From Gammaproteobacteria bacterium (lineage in GTDB: Bacteria; Pseudomonadota; Gammaproteobacteria; Eutrophobiales; Eutrophobiaceae): a stretch of DNA of 64,000 nt. The DNA is taken from NCBI GenBank assembly GCA_965116495.1, contig OZ220696.1, positions 1,824,001-1,888,000 of the forward strand, given 5' to 3'. Positions within the stretch are counted from its first letter, which is position 1; each line of letters opens with the position of its first letter. The translations under genes and the position numbers were made by a program. Below the pieces are notes generated by a model that saw nothing but the letters and a program-made list of their open reading frames with translations, did not search any database and had not been told where the DNA came from. Of the stretch, positions 59,110-64,000 are shown piece after piece.

Positions 59110-59865
59110 TCAATCCGTTGTCTGCCCCCTGTCATCGATGTTGATTCGCTTGTTCCTGTGGCGCCGAATCAGTACCAGTGTCACCAGGGGACCGGATACG
59201 GCATAGATCAGTGACAGCAAAAACAGTACCAGGGAGGGTCTGACGGCAACCAGTGCAATGATCAGGACGATGAACAAGATATTGAAAAAAGGCACCTTGC
59301 CGTGTAAATCGAATTGTTTGAAACTGTGATAACGAATGTTGCTGACCATCAACAGACCGACACAAATAGTCAGAGAAAAAGCAAAGACAACCAGGCTATT
59401 GCCGTCAACGGGCTGGCCGACGCGGTCGAACCAGACCAGGCCGGCAATGACTGCCGCCGCTGCCGGACAGGGCAATCCCTGGAAATACCGTTTATCGGCG
59501 CTGCCGGCCTGGGTATTGAACCTGGCCAGGCGCAATGCCGCCGCCGCCGCGTATATGAACGCGGCCAACCAGCCCAGCTTGCCCAGGTCATGCAAGGACC
59601 ACTGGTAGACCACCAGGGCCGGCGCGAGTCCGAATGAAACCATGTCCGACAAGCTGTCGTACTGAACGCCAAAATCACTTTCGGTTTTGGTCATCCTGGC
59701 GATACGGCCATCCATGCCGTCAAGGATCATCGCAATAAAGATGGCGATGGCGGCAGGTTCAAAGCGTGCATTGATCGCGGCAACGATCGCATAAAAGCCG
59801 GCGAACAGCGCCGATGTGGTAAACAGGTTGGGCAGTAGATAAATTCCCCTGCGGCGCTTGATCAT
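59110..59865 (-). CDS. pssA: CDP-diacylglycerol-serine O-phosphatidyltransferase
   Basis: LLPNLFT, DGMDGRIAR, DSLSDMVSFG, RLARFN. Confidence 0.93.
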   Translation of the reverse strand: MIKRRRGIYLLPNLFTTSALFAGFYAIVAAINARFEPAAIAIFIAMILDGMDGRIARMTKTESDFGVQYDSLSDMVSFGLAPALVVYQWSLHDLGKLGWLAAFIYAAAAALRLARFNTQAGSADKRYFQGLPCPAAAAVIAGLVWFDRVGQPVDGNSLVVFAFSLTICVGLLMVSNIRYHSFKQFDLHGKVPFFNILFIVLIIALVAVRPSLVLFLLSLIYAVSGPLVTLVLIRRHRNKRINIDDRGQTTD

Positions 59866-59927
59866 TTTAATTCAGTGTATAAAGGGTCAACGTTCCTCTC
59901 CGTGTTATCACCATCCTGCGTTATTAC

Positions 59928-59951
59928 CATTCCTGCGGAAGCAGGAATCCA
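59928..59951. repeat. CGTC-type REP (degenerate)
   Basis: CATTCCTGCGGAAGCAGGAATCCA. Confidence 0.7.
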
Positions 59952-59966
59952 GTAACCAAGTCTTGC

Positions 59967-61037
<1,071 letters not shown>

Positions 61038-61125
61038 TCAGTCATGTACCTGGTGTACACTCCTTCCTTCATTCGTCATACGGCTTGTCTGACGAAAAAT
61101 ATCCTGCATATCCTGTATATCCATG

Positions 61126-61617
61126 TTAAACCCTGATTGCCCTTTCCCCGCGGGCGATGCCGGAAACGCCGGTTCTGACGGTTTCCAGGATCCATTCAGG
61201 TTGCACGGCTTTCAGGAAAGCATCCAGCTTGTCACCGTTGCCGGTGACTTCTATTGTATAAGAATTTTCATTCACATCGATGATACGCCCCCTGAAAATA
61301 TCGCTCAGACGCATCAGTCCTTCCCTTGACGCATCGAGCGTCTTGACTTTTACCAGCATCAACTCCCTTTCGATATGATCGCTCTCATTCAAATCCACGA
61401 CTTTTATCACATCCACCAGTTTGTTCAGGTGCTTGGTTATCTGCTCGATAATCGCATCAGAACCGGAGGTGACTATGGTCATTCGTGAAACGGTAGTGTC
61501 CTCCGTCGGCGCAACAGTGAGCGATTCAATATTGAATCCGCGGGCGGAGAATAGGCCGGATATCCTGGATAACGCCCCGGCCTCATTCTCGACCAGGAGA
61601 GACAGGATATGGCGCAT
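61126..61617 (-). CDS. ilvH: Acetolactate synthase small subunit
   Basis: ENEAGALSR, RGFNIESLTV, ERELML. Confidence 0.95.
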   Translation of the reverse strand: MRHILSLLVENEAGALSRISGLFSARGFNIESLTVAPTEDTTVSRMTIVTSGSDAIIEQITKHLNKLVDVIKVVDLNESDHIERELMLVKVKTLDASREGLMRLSDIFRGRIIDVNENSYTIEVTGNGDKLDAFLKAVQPEWILETVRTGVSGIARGERAIRV

Positions 61618-63344
61618 CAGGCCAGTTCCCGCTCTTCGGAACCGGGCGCCAGGTGCATCTCGTGTTGCCCCTTGCCCGCTGCTATCATCGGATATACGTT
61701 CTCGGTCTGGTCGGTAATGAAGTCCATCAAAACCAGCCTGTCTTCCATTGCCAGCGCCTCCCTGAGGGCCGCTTCCACATCAGCGGCCTTTTCGATACGC
61801 ATCCCTACGTGCCCAAAACTTTCGGCCAGTTTGACAAAATCAGGCAGGGCATCCATATAGGAATGGGAATAGCGCTTTTCGTAAAAAAACTCCTGCCATT
61901 GCCTGACCATACCCATATAACGGTTATTCAGATTAATAATCTTGATCGGTGTCCGGTATTGCAGACAGGTGGAAAGCTCCTGGATACACATGACCAGGCT
62001 GGCCTCACCGGTGATGCACACGACCGTCTCATCCGGGTAGGCTATCTTGGCCCCCATCGCCGCCGGCAAGCCAAACCCCATGGTGCCGAGACCGCCTGAA
62101 TTGAGCCAGCGGCGGGGTTTGTCGAATTTATAAAACTGGGCGGCCCACATCTGGTGCTGTCCAACGTCAGAAGACACATAAGCATCACCACCGGTCAGCT
62201 CATACAGCAGTTCGATAACACGCTGCGGTTTAATCAGGCTGGAGTCTCTGTCAAAGCGCAGGCAATCCATAGACTGCCAGGCTTCAATCTGGCGCCACCA
62301 GCCGTCTATGTCGGGCCGTTCCCTGATGTTCTTCAAACCGTCATTAATGTCCTGCAATACATGCTTGACATCACCGACGATGGGAACATCCACGGGCACG
62401 TTCTTGGCAATGGAAGACGGGTCGACGTCAATATGGATAATCCTTGCGTGCGGGCAGAATTTTTCCAGGTCCCCCGTGACCCGGTCATCGAAACGCGCAC
62501 CGATGGCGATCAACACGTCGCACTGGTGCATGGCCATATTGGCTTCATAGGTACCATGCATTCCCAGCATGCCGATAAACTGCCTGTCCGTCGCCGGATA
62601 CGCGCCAAGGCCCATCAGCGTATTGGTGATCGGGAAACCCAGCAGCCGGGTAAATTCGATCAACTCGGCGTCGGCGTCTGAAAGAACAACACCGCCGCCC
62701 GTATAGATCATGGGTTTGCGCGCTTTCAGCATAAGCTTGATTGCCCGCTTTACCTGGCCGGGGTGGCCCTTGACGGTCGGCCGGTAGGAACGCATATCGA
62801 CTGCGTCCGGGTACTCATAAACACACGAGTTTGCCGTAACGTCCTTGGGAATATCCACCAGTACGGGACCGGGGCGGCCGCTGCAGGCCACGTAAAATGC
62901 CTTCTTGATGATGCTCGCCAGATCTTTTACGTCGCTGACGAGAAAATTGTGTTTTACGCAGGGCCTGGAGATGCCGATGGCATCAACTTCCTGGAACGCG
63001 TCATTACCGATAACGGAAGTGGGAACCTGGCCGCTGAAAACAACCAGGGGAATGGAATCCATGTACGCCGTTGCGATACCTGTAATGGCATTGGTAATCC
63101 CCGGGCCGGATGTGACCAGCACCACGCCGGCACGACCCGTCGCCCTGGCATAACCGTCGGCTGCATGTGCGGCGCCCTGCTCGTGGCGGACGAGGATATG
63201 TTCAACCTCTGTCTGCTTGTACAGTTCGTCGTAAATATGCAACACTGCGCCACCGGGATAACCGAAAACATGTTGTACCCCTTCATCTTTCAATGCCTGC
63301 ACGAAGATTTCCGCGCCGCGTAGTATTGGCCTTGACTTATTCAC
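61617..63344 (-). CDS. ilvI: Acetolactate synthase large subunit
   Basis: GYPGGAVL, RHEQGA, GMHG, DVGQHQMW, GMVRQWQ. Confidence 0.95.
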   Translation of the reverse strand: MNKSRPILRGAEIFVQALKDEGVQHVFGYPGGAVLHIYDELYKQTEVEHILVRHEQGAAHAADGYARATGRAGVVLVTSGPGITNAITGIATAYMDSIPLVVFSGQVPTSVIGNDAFQEVDAIGISRPCVKHNFLVSDVKDLASIIKKAFYVACSGRPGPVLVDIPKDVTANSCVYEYPDAVDMRSYRPTVKGHPGQVKRAIKLMLKARKPMIYTGGGVVLSDADAELIEFTRLLGFPITNTLMGLGAYPATDRQFIGMLGMHGTYEANMAMHQCDVLIAIGARFDDRVTGDLEKFCPHARIIHIDVDPSSIAKNVPVDVPIVGDVKHVLQDINDGLKNIRERPDIDGWWRQIEAWQSMDCLRFDRDSSLIKPQRVIELLYELTGGDAYVSSDVGQHQMWAAQFYKFDKPRRWLNSGGLGTMGFGLPAAMGAKIAYPDETVVCITGEASLVMCIQELSTCLQYRTPIKIINLNNRYMGMVRQWQEFFYEKRYSHSYMDALPDFVKLAESFGHVGMRIEKAADVEAALREALAMEDRLVLMDFITDQTENVYPMIAAGKGQHEMHLAPGSEERELA

Positions 63345-63889
63345 CCGTAAATTTCACAGATTAATCAACAAAAAGAAATGGTAACTTACTGATATTCTTT
63401 GCAAGCGTCAAGTTGTGCTTTGCAAAAATATAATGGCGACCCGGTATATTTGCCGAATTGACACAATCATGCCGTATCAACAATGGAAATACGGACCCGG
63501 ATTTCCCTGACACCATCATCCGAAGCCGTACATATGCATCGGCTGAATTTTTTTTATATAAATGTGACTTTTACCACATTTATGCTGAATCTCTGCTTTT
63601 CCATTTATTTTATCCGGCTAAAATCGGTATGGCCTTAAGGAATTAAGGCAGCGGCAAGCCGGAAGTCGGGCTGACCGCCAGAAAGGAACTCGTGTATTTC
63701 TCCTTGCTGAAATAATGACTTCCTCTATGCCTGAAGGCGGCCCGGTATGTCTGCGCCGGGCCAGGGATCAGGGACAGCCTGAAGGCGCTGACGGGGGGCG
63801 GTAATCAATAGTTTCCGCGCCGCCCCCCACAGGCAGGGGGATAGCAAAGTTGGAGATGCCACCGTATCTGGTATAAAATGGGATGTATC

Positions 63890-64000
63890 ATGAATTACGA
63901 ATTGGTTACAGTCACGATAACGATTATTGCCACACAATGCGGTCTGGCAGCATTGATCTGGTCACTTCATAAAGGCATGGCGGAACTAAGAGAGCGCATG
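63890..64000 (+). CDS. Small TM plus coiled-coil protein, 3'-truncated by the window edge
   Basis: MNYELVTVTITIIATQCGLAALIWSLHKGMAELRERM..., open to the end of the window. Confidence 0.45.
   Translation, partial: MNYELVTVTITIIATQCGLAALIWSLHKGMAELRERM

Overview
A chromosomal window from a gammaproteobacterium, judged from gene content and order. It is mostly housekeeping genes: DUF4390-ntrY-ntrX-trkA-trkH, pyrD, a polyamine-type ABC transporter, gpsA-secB, gpmI-envC-ctpA, ubiEJB, hslUV, an RND pump, fadB-like, ald with its Lrp regulator, phbB, amt, pssA and ilvIHC. The intergenic space is densely colonised by several families of short palindromic repeats (REP-like) and non-autonomous MITEs, several of which now supply stop codons, C-termini or a start codon to neighbouring genes. 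Three accessory genes are collapsed by internal deletions. The strongest finding, missed by the ORF track, lies in a direct-repeat-bounded islet (55085-57505). It is a secreted, cysteine-rich, two-repeat protein gene (56770-57382, minus strand) with a near-consensus sigma70 promoter and an RBS. Its reading frame is set by an (AAGCACAC)9 tract right after the start codon, which looks like a phase-variable switch currently OFF. Two candidate structured ncRNAs with their own promoters flank phbB. No rRNA, tRNA, CRISPR array or transposase gene was seen. All product calls come from motif recognition, not database searches.
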